The notes beneath the pieces were generated by a model. The model saw only the letters and a list, made by a program, of their open reading frames with translations, did not search any database and had not been told where the DNA came from. Made by a program: the position numbers and the translations under genes. A DNA stretch of 64,000 bases from Kiritimatiellia bacterium (GTDB taxonomy: Bacteria; Verrucomicrobiota; Kiritimatiellia; JAAZAB01), in the NCBI GenBank assembly GCA_040767085.1, contig JAXGPF010000010.1:173133-237132 (forward strand), in the 5' to 3' direction. Each line of letters opens with the position of its first letter. Position 1 is the stretch's first letter. Of the stretch, positions 29,039 through 40,945 are shown in pieces.

Positions 29039-30175
29039 ATGAATGGCAGAGAACGGGTAGCCAACACCATTGCGCGCAAGCCGGCGGATAAAATCCCGCT
29101 GGGATTTTACGCCGTGGATTGCGATATCGTCGAAAAAGTCATCGGACGGAAAACCTTTGTCCGCGATAAAATCGCGGTGCCGCTCGCCCTGGCCGAGGGC
29201 CGGCGCGCTGAAGTCGCCGACAGCTTCAAGCGCGACACCGTCGAGTTTTACCGCAAGATTGACTGCGCCGACCTCATCATTCCCAAAGAGGCCGCGCTTT
29301 TGCCGCCCAAGGATTATGTGCCGCAGCCTTTGAAAAAAATTGCCGACGACCGGTGGGAAGATCCCCGCGGGCGCATTTTTCAGGCGGTGTTCGACGCTAA
29401 TGATTTCATGTGCGTCCATGATCCCACGCGTAAAACCGAATATACCACGCAGGATTTCCAAGGCGCGCTGCCAGTCAGGCCGCCAGACGACTCGGTTTAT
29501 GAAGCGCTGGATTATCTGATTGCCCAACTGGGCGGGGAGCGTTACGTGTGCAGTTCCGCCGGCGCGGCGGTGATGCCGCTGCCGGGCGGTTTCGACACGG
29601 CCATGTTGACTTATGCCCTGCACCCGGAGGTGATCCATGCGGCCAACCGGCGCGCCGTCGCCGTGCTGGAAAAAAACGTGCACGCCGCCGTGCGGCCGGG
29701 CAGCGCCGGCGTGCATATCGGCTGCGATACCGCCGGCACCAACGGGCCCTTCATCTCGCCGGCGATGTTCCGCGAACTCTGCCTGCCTTATATGCGGCAA
29801 AGCGTGGCGTTGATCAAGCAGCATACCGGGCAGGTGAATTTCCACGATTGCGGGATGAACATCCCGCTGATGGAGATGTTCATCGAGGCGGGCATAGACT
29901 GCTACCAGTCGCTGCAAACCACCGCCGGCATGGAAATCGGCCGGCTGAAGAAAATGTTCGGCGACCGCCTGACTTTCTGGGGCGGCATCCCCATGGAAGT
30001 TTTAATAGACGGCACGCCCGCCGCGACGCGCCAAGCCGTGCGGCACGCCATGGAGGCCGGCGCGCCCGGCGGCGGATTCATTCTCGGCCCCAGCCACTCC
30101 ATCGCCTACGGCGTGAAATATGACAATTTCATGGCGCTGGTGGACGAGTATGTCAGAGTGCGCGACAAGTTCTAA
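29039..30175 (+). CDS. Uroporphyrinogen decarboxylase / MtaA-CmuA family protein
   Basis: MNGRERV, GPFISPAMFRE..LP, FHDCG, LTFWGGI, GGGFILGPSHSI. Confidence 0.85.
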   Translation: MNGRERVANTIARKPADKIPLGFYAVDCDIVEKVIGRKTFVRDKIAVPLALAEGRRAEVADSFKRDTVEFYRKIDCADLIIPKEAALLPPKDYVPQPLKKIADDRWEDPRGRIFQAVFDANDFMCVHDPTRKTEYTTQDFQGALPVRPPDDSVYEALDYLIAQLGGERYVCSSAGAAVMPLPGGFDTAMLTYALHPEVIHAANRRAVAVLEKNVHAAVRPGSAGVHIGCDTAGTNGPFISPAMFRELCLPYMRQSVALIKQHTGQVNFHDCGMNIPLMEMFIEAGIDCYQSLQTTAGMEIGRLKKMFGDRLTFWGGIPMEVLIDGTPAATRQAVRHAMEAGAPGGGFILGPSHSIAYGVKYDNFMALVDEYVRVRDKF

Positions 30176-30236
30176 CTTTGCGCAAGCCGGGTGGCTGGCC
30201 CCATACGCTGCCGATGGCACCGTACGACGGTGGCGG

Positions 30237-31121
30237 TCAGGCGTCATCCTGCAATTCCAGGGTCAAATCCACCGACGGCGCAGAATGGGTCAGGCAGCCC
30301 AGCGAAATGGCATCCACTCCCGCCGCGGCCGCGGCTGCCGCCGTGGCCAGGGTAATGCCCCCGGAAGCTTCCAGCTTGCAGCGGCCGGCGGCGATGGCGG
30401 CGCACTGGCGCATTTGTGAGGGGGACATGTTGTCCAGCAGAATCCAGTCGGGCCGGGCTTCGAGCGCCGCCCGCAATTCCGCTTCGCTTTCCACCTCAAC
30501 CTCCAGCGGCAAATCCGGATATTGCTGGCGCGCGGCCCGGATGGCGCCGGCCAGCCCGTCCGGTCCGCGCCAGAAACGGCGGTGATTGTCCTTGATCAGG
30601 ATCATGTCCGACAGGCCGAACCGGTGGTTGGCGCCGCCGCCGCAGAGCACGGCGTATTTTTCCAGGCGGCGCAGGGTAGGGGTGGTTTTGCGGGTGTCCA
30701 ATATCCGGACCGGCCGTCCGCGAGTTTTTTCCACGAAAGCGGCCGTCAGGGTGGCGATACCGCACAGGCGCTGTAGAAAATTCAAGGCCGTCCGTTCCCC
30801 GGTCAGAATGGGGCGCAGCGGCCCGGCCAGGGTCATGATGGTTTCGTCCGGGCCAACCCCAGCGCCATCGAGGCGCGGCGTTTCCACGCGCAGATCTGGA
30901 TCGAGCTGCCGGAAAACCTCCCGGGCGATATCCAGGCCGGCCAGGCAGCAAGGCTGGCGGGTGATGATGGCGCCGCGGCCGCGGGCATCGGGCGGGATCA
31001 GCGCCAGGGTGGTGGCATCGCCGGCGCCGATATCTTCCTGCAAGGCCTGACCGATCAGGGCGCGCAGGGCGGGCCAATCCGCGGGCGGAATCCGGGGCGG
31101 CGGCGGCTGGTGGTTCTGCAT
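30237..31121 (-). CDS. nadC: Nicotinate-nucleotide pyrophosphorylase (carboxylating)
   Basis: EDIGAGDAT, ERTALNFL, DTRKTTP, HRFGL, IKDNH, EVEV, LLDN, EASGGI. Confidence 0.96.
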   Translation of the reverse strand: MQNHQPPPPRIPPADWPALRALIGQALQEDIGAGDATTLALIPPDARGRGAIITRQPCCLAGLDIAREVFRQLDPDLRVETPRLDGAGVGPDETIMTLAGPLRPILTGERTALNFLQRLCGIATLTAAFVEKTRGRPVRILDTRKTTPTLRRLEKYAVLCGGGANHRFGLSDMILIKDNHRRFWRGPDGLAGAIRAARQQYPDLPLEVEVESEAELRAALEARPDWILLDNMSPSQMRQCAAIAAGRCKLEASGGITLATAAAAAAAGVDAISLGCLTHSAPSVDLTLELQDDA

Positions 31122-31208
31122 GGTGTTACCTCCGGGAATGCGTGTGCGTCGGAATTGTATCGCGTGCTGCGGCATTTTTCCAATTTAAAATTTTTCCGAA
31201 TTCGAGCC

Positions 31209-31237
31209 TTGACATCCGGCGGATTCTGAACTAAATA
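31209..31237 (+). promoter_or_regulatory. Putative sigma70 promoter for the GAF-GGDEF gene
   Basis: TTGACA-17 nt-TAAATA. Confidence 0.4.
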
Positions 31238-32255
31238 AATGAAATACAAAATCGGGGGAGTTGCATGACGTGGAATTAACGGATGGGAGAGGATATGGCA
31301 ACCGAAATAAAAGATGCGGCCGCCTGGTTAATCCGCACCATCCAGGAAGTCAGCGGAGCGCTCACCGTGGAACAGGCGCTGCACGAGGTGGTCGAGCAAC
31401 TGAAGGATTTCATCCCGCATAGCAGCCTGGCGGTGATTATGGTGGATCAGAACACCGACGAGCTGGCGATCAAGACTTCCCGGCAGATCAGTTATTCCTT
31501 CGCCAAGAAATTTCACCGGCCGATCAACGGCCAGGTGATTCCGCATGTGCTGCTGAAACACGAAACCGTTGTGTTGAACGATCTGCGGCCGGAAATGACG
31601 GCGTACACCGAAATTAAGCTGGAAGCCGACCTGGCGGCGGCGGTGCTGGCGCCGATCATGCACAGCCAGCGGGCGATCGGTTACCTGCACTGCGACCGCG
31701 CGCAGGGCGCGTTTACTTCCGAAGAAGGCGCCTGGCTGCAGACACTGGGGTTGCTGATCGGCCAGTTGATCGAAAAATACGACCTGCTGGTGCTTTCCCG
31801 GCACCTGTCCCGCGTGGACGATGTCAGCAAGGCTTTGAAATACCACGCCTTTCTCGAAGAATACCGGCTGGAACTGGCGCGGGCCAAATCCTACCGGCAA
31901 TGTCTATCGTTGATTTTCCTGGATGTGGACGATTACACGGGATTCGTCCAGACCTGCGGCATCGAAGCCGGCCATGCGTTGCTGGCAAAAATCCACCAAC
32001 TGATCAAGGACAGCGTTCGGGAAATCGACCTGGTGGGACGGTTTTCCGCGGACGAGTTCATCGTTTGCATGGGCGGGGTGGACCGGGACGCGGCGGCGGC
32101 AGCGTTGGAGAAAATCCGCGCCGGGGTGCGCGGCCAGGCGGCGCCTAATTCCGGCTGCACGGCGACCATCAGCGGCGTCGCCATGACCATGCGGACGCCG
32201 GAGGAACTGGATATCCCGCTCGAAAAAATCCTGGCCGCGCTCGGCAGCGGCCTGA

Positions 32256-33985
<1,730 letters not shown>

Positions 33986-34864
33986 TCAGGCGGACGCTTC
34001 CACGCCGGCGGTGATGTCGGCCAGTTCGCGGTCAATGCCCATCTGGCGGGCCTTGTTGAAAAATAATTGCTGCTGGCGGATCATTTCGTCGGTCTTTTTG
34101 TGTGCCTGCTCCATAATGCTCATCCGGGAACTGTGTTCGGCGACCATCGAGGAAAGCAGCAGCCGGCGCACGCAGGATTGGAGATAGCGCGGCGCCAGGT
34201 AATCCAGAATTTGACCGGCGTCCGGCTCGACCAGCAGCATCTCAGTCGCCGGCCCGTCATCCGGCGCCGGATCGTCAAAGCGCAGGGGCAGCAGCGGCCA
34301 GGCCGCGGCTTGGAAGTGCAGGGCCGACTCGAAATGCGTGTAAACCAGGCGGACTGCGCCGTATTCGCCCTGGCGGTAGGCGGCGGTCCACTCGCGGCAG
34401 AGTTCGGTCGGGTCCGCACCGGCCGCGTCCACGGCATGGATGATGGCGGCTCGGCCGCCGTAGTCGTTCAGCCGGCCGCGGAAATACTCCGCGCCTTTGC
34501 GCCCGACCAGGTACAGCCCGACCGTCGTTTGGGGATCGGCGAGGAGTTGCCGCAGCCCGTCCTGCGCCAACCGCAGCACATTCAGGTTAAGGTTGCCGCA
34601 CAGGCCGCGGTCGGCGCTGATCACCGCCAGCAGAACGCGCCGGGATGGCGACGCAAGCCAGGCCGCGGCCCCCGCCGGCGTCTCCGCCTGCCGCGCCAGC
34701 AGGCGCATCATGGCGGCGGCGCCGGCGACGTAGGGGCCGCTGTCAAGCAGCCGGATTTGGATGCGCCGCAGTTTCACCGCGGAAACCATTTTCATGGCCC
34801 GGGTGATCTGGGCGGTTTTGCGCAGGCTGGCGATGCGTGTGCGGATGGAGCGTAAATTTTGCAT
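33986..34864 (-). CDS. atpG: ATP synthase gamma subunit
   Basis: ITRAMKMVSA.K, DRGLCG, EH..RM..M, NKARQ..I..EL. Confidence 0.95.
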   Translation of the reverse strand: MQNLRSIRTRIASLRKTAQITRAMKMVSAVKLRRIQIRLLDSGPYVAGAAAMMRLLARQAETPAGAAAWLASPSRRVLLAVISADRGLCGNLNLNVLRLAQDGLRQLLADPQTTVGLYLVGRKGAEYFRGRLNDYGGRAAIIHAVDAAGADPTELCREWTAAYRQGEYGAVRLVYTHFESALHFQAAAWPLLPLRFDDPAPDDGPATEMLLVEPDAGQILDYLAPRYLQSCVRRLLLSSMVAEHSSRMSIMEQAHKKTDEMIRQQQLFFNKARQMGIDRELADITAGVEASA

Positions 34865-34867
34865 TAA

Positions 34868-36385
<1,518 letters not shown>

Positions 36386-36416
36386 AAATCAGCCAAGCAT
36401 CAGCGGGCCGCCCGGC

Positions 36417-36980
36417 TCAGGCGATCGCCGTCTGCCGCGCGAGCAGGCATTCGCGGGCGGCCTTCAAGCGCCCGCGGATGCTGCCGTCCAGTATCCGGCC
36501 GTCGTAATACAGCACCATGCCGCCCAGCAAATCCGGCTTGACCGCACAATCCAGTTCCACCTGCTGGCCGAGAATGCCCGCCAGCCGCCGCGCCAGGTCC
36601 TGGCGTTCCGCCTCCGGCATGGGCGCGGGCGTTTCGACCAGCACTTGCGTCAGGCCCGCCGCTTCGCGTTGCAGCGCGCGCCAGGCGGCGGCGATCTCCG
36701 GCAGCAGGTTCAGCCGGTGGCGGCTGACGAGCAGTTGCACCAGGCGGCCGGCCGGCGCGCCGCGTTCCGCGCCCGCCAGTTCCAGGAACAATTCGGTCCG
36801 CCAGCCGGCCGGGAGAGCCGTGTTGCCGCACACCAGGCGCACTTCCGGATGCGCGCGATAAAATTCCGCCAGGTGCGTCAGAAGTTTTTCCTGGTCCGCC
36901 CGCGCGCCGGGGGCGTCGGCGATGTCATAGAGCGCCTGCGCATACCGGCGTGCCAGGTTGGATATCGCCGTCAGGATCAT
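36417..36980 (-). CDS. atpH: ATP synthase delta subunit
   Basis: ARRYAQAL, PDLLGG.......DGS, operon position. Confidence 0.9.
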   Translation of the reverse strand: MILTAISNLARRYAQALYDIADAPGARADQEKLLTHLAEFYRAHPEVRLVCGNTALPAGWRTELFLELAGAERGAPAGRLVQLLVSRHRLNLLPEIAAAWRALQREAAGLTQVLVETPAPMPEAERQDLARRLAGILGQQVELDCAVKPDLLGGMVLYYDGRILDGSIRGRLKAARECLLARQTAIA

Positions 36981-37465
36981 TTCGCCGTCTCCAAGTCCCG
37001 GAGCAAGTCGTCCACCAATCGGTTCTGCAGGGCGGGGGTCATGCCGGCCCGCACGACTTTTTCCGTCAATTGGGCCGACAGTTCGACGATTTCCCCGCGC
37101 ATCTCGCGCAACACGCGCGCGCGTTCAACTTCCAGTTGTTCCAGGCCGCGCTGCATGATGGCGTCGCTTTGCCGGCGGGCTTCCGCCAGGATCGTGTCGC
37201 GCGCCTGCTGTCCCTCGCGGATCGCCTGGCGGATCAGTTCCTGGTTTTTCGCGGCGATTTCAGCCAGTTGCCGGTCGTAATCCTTCCGGAGCTGTTCCAT
37301 GGCGCGGCGCTGCTCGGCCGCCTGCCGCAGGTCATCGGCGATGCGGTCGGACCGCTGGCGCATGAAATTCGACGCCGGCTTGAAAACGATCCGGCCAAGC
37401 AGCACCAGGGCGATGGCGAAGGTCACCGCCTGGGCGATGATTACATTGAGATCGATGTCCAGCAT
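36977..37465 (-). CDS. atpF: ATP synthase b subunit
   Basis: N-terminal TM, KP....M..R...I, coiled-coil body. Confidence 0.9.
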   Translation of the reverse strand: MLDIDLNVIIAQAVTFAIALVLLGRIVFKPASNFMRQRSDRIADDLRQAAEQRRAMEQLRKDYDRQLAEIAAKNQELIRQAIREGQQARDTILAEARRQSDAIMQRGLEQLEVERARVLREMRGEIVELSAQLTEKVVRAGMTPALQNRLVDDLLRDLETAK

Positions 37466-37468
37466 GGC

Positions 37469-37822
37469 TTAATGCGCCGGCGCAAGCTGGTCCAACTGAC
37501 GCTGCAACTCGGCCTGGCGCACCTGCAATTCAAGCACTTCCACCTGGGCCTTGGCGGCTGACACTTTCTTGATGTCCTGGGTGTAGGGATCGGCGAAGAT
37601 CAGGATCAAGGCAATGACCAGGACGTAAATGCTTAAGGATTCGATAAAGGCCAGGCCGATGATCAAATTGTTGCCAATCGGCCCCGCGGCTTCCGGCTGG
37701 CGCGCGATGCCTTCCATGGCGCTGACCACCGCGCGTGCCTGGCCGATGGCCGGCACGATGGTCCCGGCCACGATGATCAGCGCCGCCAGCAGGATTGAAA
37801 TTTCGATAATGCCCACGTTCAT
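37469..37822 (-). CDS. atpE: ATP synthase c subunit with C-terminal extension
   Basis: PAIGQ, ARQPE loop, IESLSIY. About 38 extra residues after ADPY. Confidence 0.92.
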   Translation of the reverse strand: MNVGIIEISILLAALIIVAGTIVPAIGQARAVVSAMEGIARQPEAAGPIGNNLIIGLAFIESLSIYVLVIALILIFADPYTQDIKKVSAAKAQVEVLELQVRQAELQRQLDQLAPAH

Positions 37823-37836
37823 GATCCTCCTCCTGT

Positions 37837-38574
37837 TTAATGTCCGTTAACCGCTTCTCCAACGTAAACCATCGCAAGCCCGGTGAATACCAGCGCCTGG
37901 ACGAAACTGACCACCACCCCCAGCAGGATGATCAGGGGGCGCAGGATCAAGGGCACCGGCAGCAGTATTTTGGCGTAAAGGTTGTCGGCGAAAAAAAACA
38001 GCGTCAGCAGGTAAACCATGATGCTCAGGATGATTTCCTTCGACATGATGTTGCCGAACAGCCGCATGGTCAGCGAGAGCGGCCGGATGATTTCTTCCAT
38101 CAGCCGGATGACCAGGAAGAGCGGGGCCAGCCAATAGGGCGGCCCGCAGAAATGGCGTACGTAGCCGCCCGCGCCATGCAGGCGCAGGCGCACGGCCGAG
38201 GCCGCCAGCATGACCGTGATTGCCAGGCCGGCATTGACATTCAAGTTGGCGGTCGGGGATTTGAAGCCCGGCAGCAAACCGATCAGGTTGGCGCAGAGGA
38301 TGAATAAAAAAAGCGTGGCGAAAAAGGAGATGTAACGCGGCCCGGCGGGGCCAATGATCTGCCGGCTGAGCGTGTTGATGCCGTCCACCAGCGCTTCCAG
38401 GAGATTTTGGGGCCCGGCCGGCTGGTTGCGCCAGCGGCGCACGGCCAGCCAGCCGCCGACAAGCATCCCGCCCAGGATCAGCATCCCGGTCAGGATGTCA
38501 GGGGCGATGTAATCGTTCAAGCCGATCCGATGGGCAATATATTCGACAATGTTCGGCGATTCGATCGCGTCCAT
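37837..38574 (-). CDS. atpB: ATP synthase a subunit
   Basis: QN..E, N..GL.PG..SPTANLN, RPLSL..RLFGN, QA.VF..L..VY. Confidence 0.95.
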   Translation of the reverse strand: MDAIESPNIVEYIAHRIGLNDYIAPDILTGMLILGGMLVGGWLAVRRWRNQPAGPQNLLEALVDGINTLSRQIIGPAGPRYISFFATLFLFILCANLIGLLPGFKSPTANLNVNAGLAITVMLAASAVRLRLHGAGGYVRHFCGPPYWLAPLFLVIRLMEEIIRPLSLTMRLFGNIMSKEIILSIMVYLLTLFFFADNLYAKILLPVPLILRPLIILLGVVVSFVQALVFTGLAMVYVGEAVNGH

Positions 38575-38592
38575 GGCAGATTCCGAAAAATA

Positions 38593-38934
38593 TCAATCCG
38601 GCGAATGGCGGCGTGCCAGGTCTGCCGGCGGAGGGTCGGCGGACACCGTTTTACGCGGGCGGGCGCAAACCGCCATGCCGAGCGTAGCCAGCAGCATTCC
38701 CAGCAGGCATGCCAGCGCAACATGTAAATTATACTGCCGGATCAGCAGCAAAATCAAGCCCAGAATCATGCTGTAGCGCAGGGCGTAGCCGCCCAGGAGG
38801 AGCGCCGCTGACGCGGCGCGGCTTTGCGCGCGGCTGGCGCGCGCGGCGGTGAAGCGCAACAGGCCGTAATTAACCGCGCCCAACATGATGCCGGCCGCAA
38901 AGCCGGCGAGAGAGCCCGGCAGCATCGTGTTCAT
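38593..38934 (-). CDS. atpI: ATP synthase protein I
   Basis: Hydrophobic multi-TM protein before atpB. ATGA overlap with the upstream gene. Confidence 0.7.
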   Translation of the reverse strand: MNTMLPGSLAGFAAGIMLGAVNYGLLRFTAARASRAQSRAASAALLLGGYALRYSMILGLILLLIRQYNLHVALACLLGMLLATLGMAVCARPRKTVSADPPPADLARRHSPD

Positions 38935-39167
38935 TGGCCTCCGCGGGGCATGGTTTGCTGGAAAATATAGAGGAAGCCTGCGACGATGCCCAGCGCCAGC
39001 AGCGCCATCGTCAGCCAGGGTGCGGTGTCGAGATGCTGATCCAGGGTGTAGCCGGCGGCCAGGCCGGCCATGATGCATGCCGCCAGCATGAATCCGATAG
39101 CGCCGAATTTGCCCAAGGCGCGCCAGGCGGCGGCGCGGGTGTTCAAGGTTTTATCATCCGTCGGCAT
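38931..39167 (-). CDS. AtpZ/AtpI-family small membrane protein (first gene of atp operon)
   Basis: G..LA..I..G...GY.LD..L.T.PW......LG..AGF pattern. Confidence 0.85.
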   Translation of the reverse strand: MPTDDKTLNTRAAAWRALGKFGAIGFMLAACIMAGLAAGYTLDQHLDTAPWLTMALLALGIVAGFLYIFQQTMPRGGQ

Positions 39168-39364
39168 AAGTCATTGGCGGGCCGCTGCCCGGCGGTTCGC
39201 GGGATGCGCCCGACGGGGCGCGGCTTGACTAAATACTCGCATGCAAATCATGATTTTGCAAGGGCAAAGTCGCGGGGTGTCGTAAACAAATGACTTGGCC
39301 GCATAATTAACAAATGATTTGTCCGCTTAAAGCTGTCAGGATGGTGCATTCAAAGGGGGGTTAT

Positions 39365-40549
39365 ATGGATGAATATCCGAAGGCAGCACTGGAGCGGGCA
39401 ATGAAGGTACAGGAAGTGATCTTGCGTGCGATTGAAGGGCGGTTAATGTGGTGGGAGGCGGCGGAGATACTAGGTGTGAGCTACCGGACCATGCGGCGCT
39501 GGAAAGGGCGCTACGAGCGGTATGGTTACGACGGGCTGCTGGATCGTCGGCGGAAGATACCGGGGCCGCGGCGCGTGCCCCTTGCGACGGTGAAGCAGGT
39601 GCTGAGGTTGTACCGAGAAGAATACATGGATTTCAATGTGAGGCATTTTCACGAGAAGCTGCAGGCGGAGCATGGGATCGAGCTCAGTTATCAGTGGGTC
39701 AAGAGCGCCTTGCAGACGGCCGGGTTGGTGGCGAAGGCCCGGAAACGAGGGCCGCATCGGCAGCAGCGGGAACGGCGACCAATGGCGGGGATGATGTTGA
39801 TGGTGGATGGCAGCACCCATGCCTGGTTGCCCCTGCTGGCGGGCCAGAAGCAGGATCTGATCCTGGTGATGGACGATGCCACCAGCGAAGTCTACACGGC
39901 CTATCTTGTGCCCCAGGAAGGGACATTAACGGTGATGAAGGGGTTGAAAGAAGTCATTATTAAACATGGGGTTTTCTGCAGTCTGTACACGGATCGTGGC
40001 AGTCATTTCTTTTATACGCCCAAAGAAGGCGGGGCGGTGGACCGGCGTCAATTGACGCAAATTGGACGGGCGTTGCAACAGTTGGGGATCGAACATATTC
40101 CGAGCTATAGCCCCCAGGGACGTGGGCGAATAGAGCGGATGTTTAAGACCTGGCAAGGGCGCCTGCCGCAGGAATTAAGGCAGGCGGGAATCCGGACGAT
40201 GGCCGAGGCCAACGTCTATATTCAACAACAGTTTCTGCCTTCCTTCAATCGCAACATGAAGGTGAAGGCGCGGGAAACAGGAACGTGTTTCGTGCCTTGC
40301 GGTGAGCAGGATTTGGACAGCATTTTCTGTGTGCAGCATGCGCGAGAGGTTCAAAATGACAATACCGTGGCTGTCGGGAGTCGCCGCTTGCAGATTGGAC
40401 CATCAAAATGGCGTTTCAGCTTCGCCAAGTGCCGGGTTAAAGTCTGCGAGCACCTCGATGGCACGGTGTCCATCCGTTATGGCCCGCATGTGGTTGGCCG
40501 CTACCAAGGACCGTTGAACATTTCGGCGTCGCTGGAGGACGTCGCATAA
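39365..40549 (+). CDS. DDE transposase (ISNCY/IS1202 family)
   Basis: Identical protein to copy 1. G-rich RBS before MDEYPK. Confidence 0.93.
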   Translation: MDEYPKAALERAMKVQEVILRAIEGRLMWWEAAEILGVSYRTMRRWKGRYERYGYDGLLDRRRKIPGPRRVPLATVKQVLRLYREEYMDFNVRHFHEKLQAEHGIELSYQWVKSALQTAGLVAKARKRGPHRQQRERRPMAGMMLMVDGSTHAWLPLLAGQKQDLILVMDDATSEVYTAYLVPQEGTLTVMKGLKEVIIKHGVFCSLYTDRGSHFFYTPKEGGAVDRRQLTQIGRALQQLGIEHIPSYSPQGRGRIERMFKTWQGRLPQELRQAGIRTMAEANVYIQQQFLPSFNRNMKVKARETGTCFVPCGEQDLDSIFCVQHAREVQNDNTVAVGSRRLQIGPSKWRFSFAKCRVKVCEHLDGTVSIRYGPHVVGRYQGPLNISASLEDVA

Positions 40550-40551
40550 AC

Positions 40552-40579
40552 TTTTTCCTCCCCCGCGGGGGAGGAAAAT
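40552..40579 (+). terminator. Hairpin after the transposase (also at about 24008-24035 in copy 1)
   Basis: ttttcctccccc / gggggaggaaaa inverted repeat. Confidence 0.5.
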
Positions 40580-40689
40580 CCTCACCCCAGGAGCAACAAC
40601 ACACAATAACAAATCGGACAGATCACTTGTTACAAAAAGCGGACACTTGACTTGTTACGAACAGGGCAAAGTCGCGGGGGGGGAGCGGA

Positions 40690-40930
40690 AGGATGTAAGT
40701 TTTAAGGTTGACCGTTTTAAGGTTTTAGGGCTGAACATTTTCCCCTTTGACCCTCTAATCCTTTGCCCCTCTGATCCTTTGATCCTCTGCCCCTCTCTGG
40801 ACCTTTGCCCCTTTTCTGATTTAACCACGAAGAACACGAAGGGCACGAAGCGGAGAAAATTCACATCAAAAGAACGCAAAGATCGCGAAAGGTCCAGATA
40901 CTGTGCTGCCCCTTTAATCCTCTGCCCCTC
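40690..40930. repeat. Mosaic of degenerate 7-, 8- and 9-mer tandem repeats
   Basis: ttttaagg units, ctttgatc/ctctgccc units, cacgaagaa-cacgaaggg-cacgaag. Confidence 0.7.
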
Positions 40931-40945
40931 TCCAGCCCGGCCCGA

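Larger units (their letters stand above)
39278..40663 (+). mobile_element. IS1202/ISNCY-type insertion sequence, copy 2 (1386 bp) with 16-bp target duplication
   Basis: TGTCGTAAACAA...TTGTTACGAACA ends. gggcaaagtcgcgggg at 39262-39277 and 40664-40679. Confidence 0.95.
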
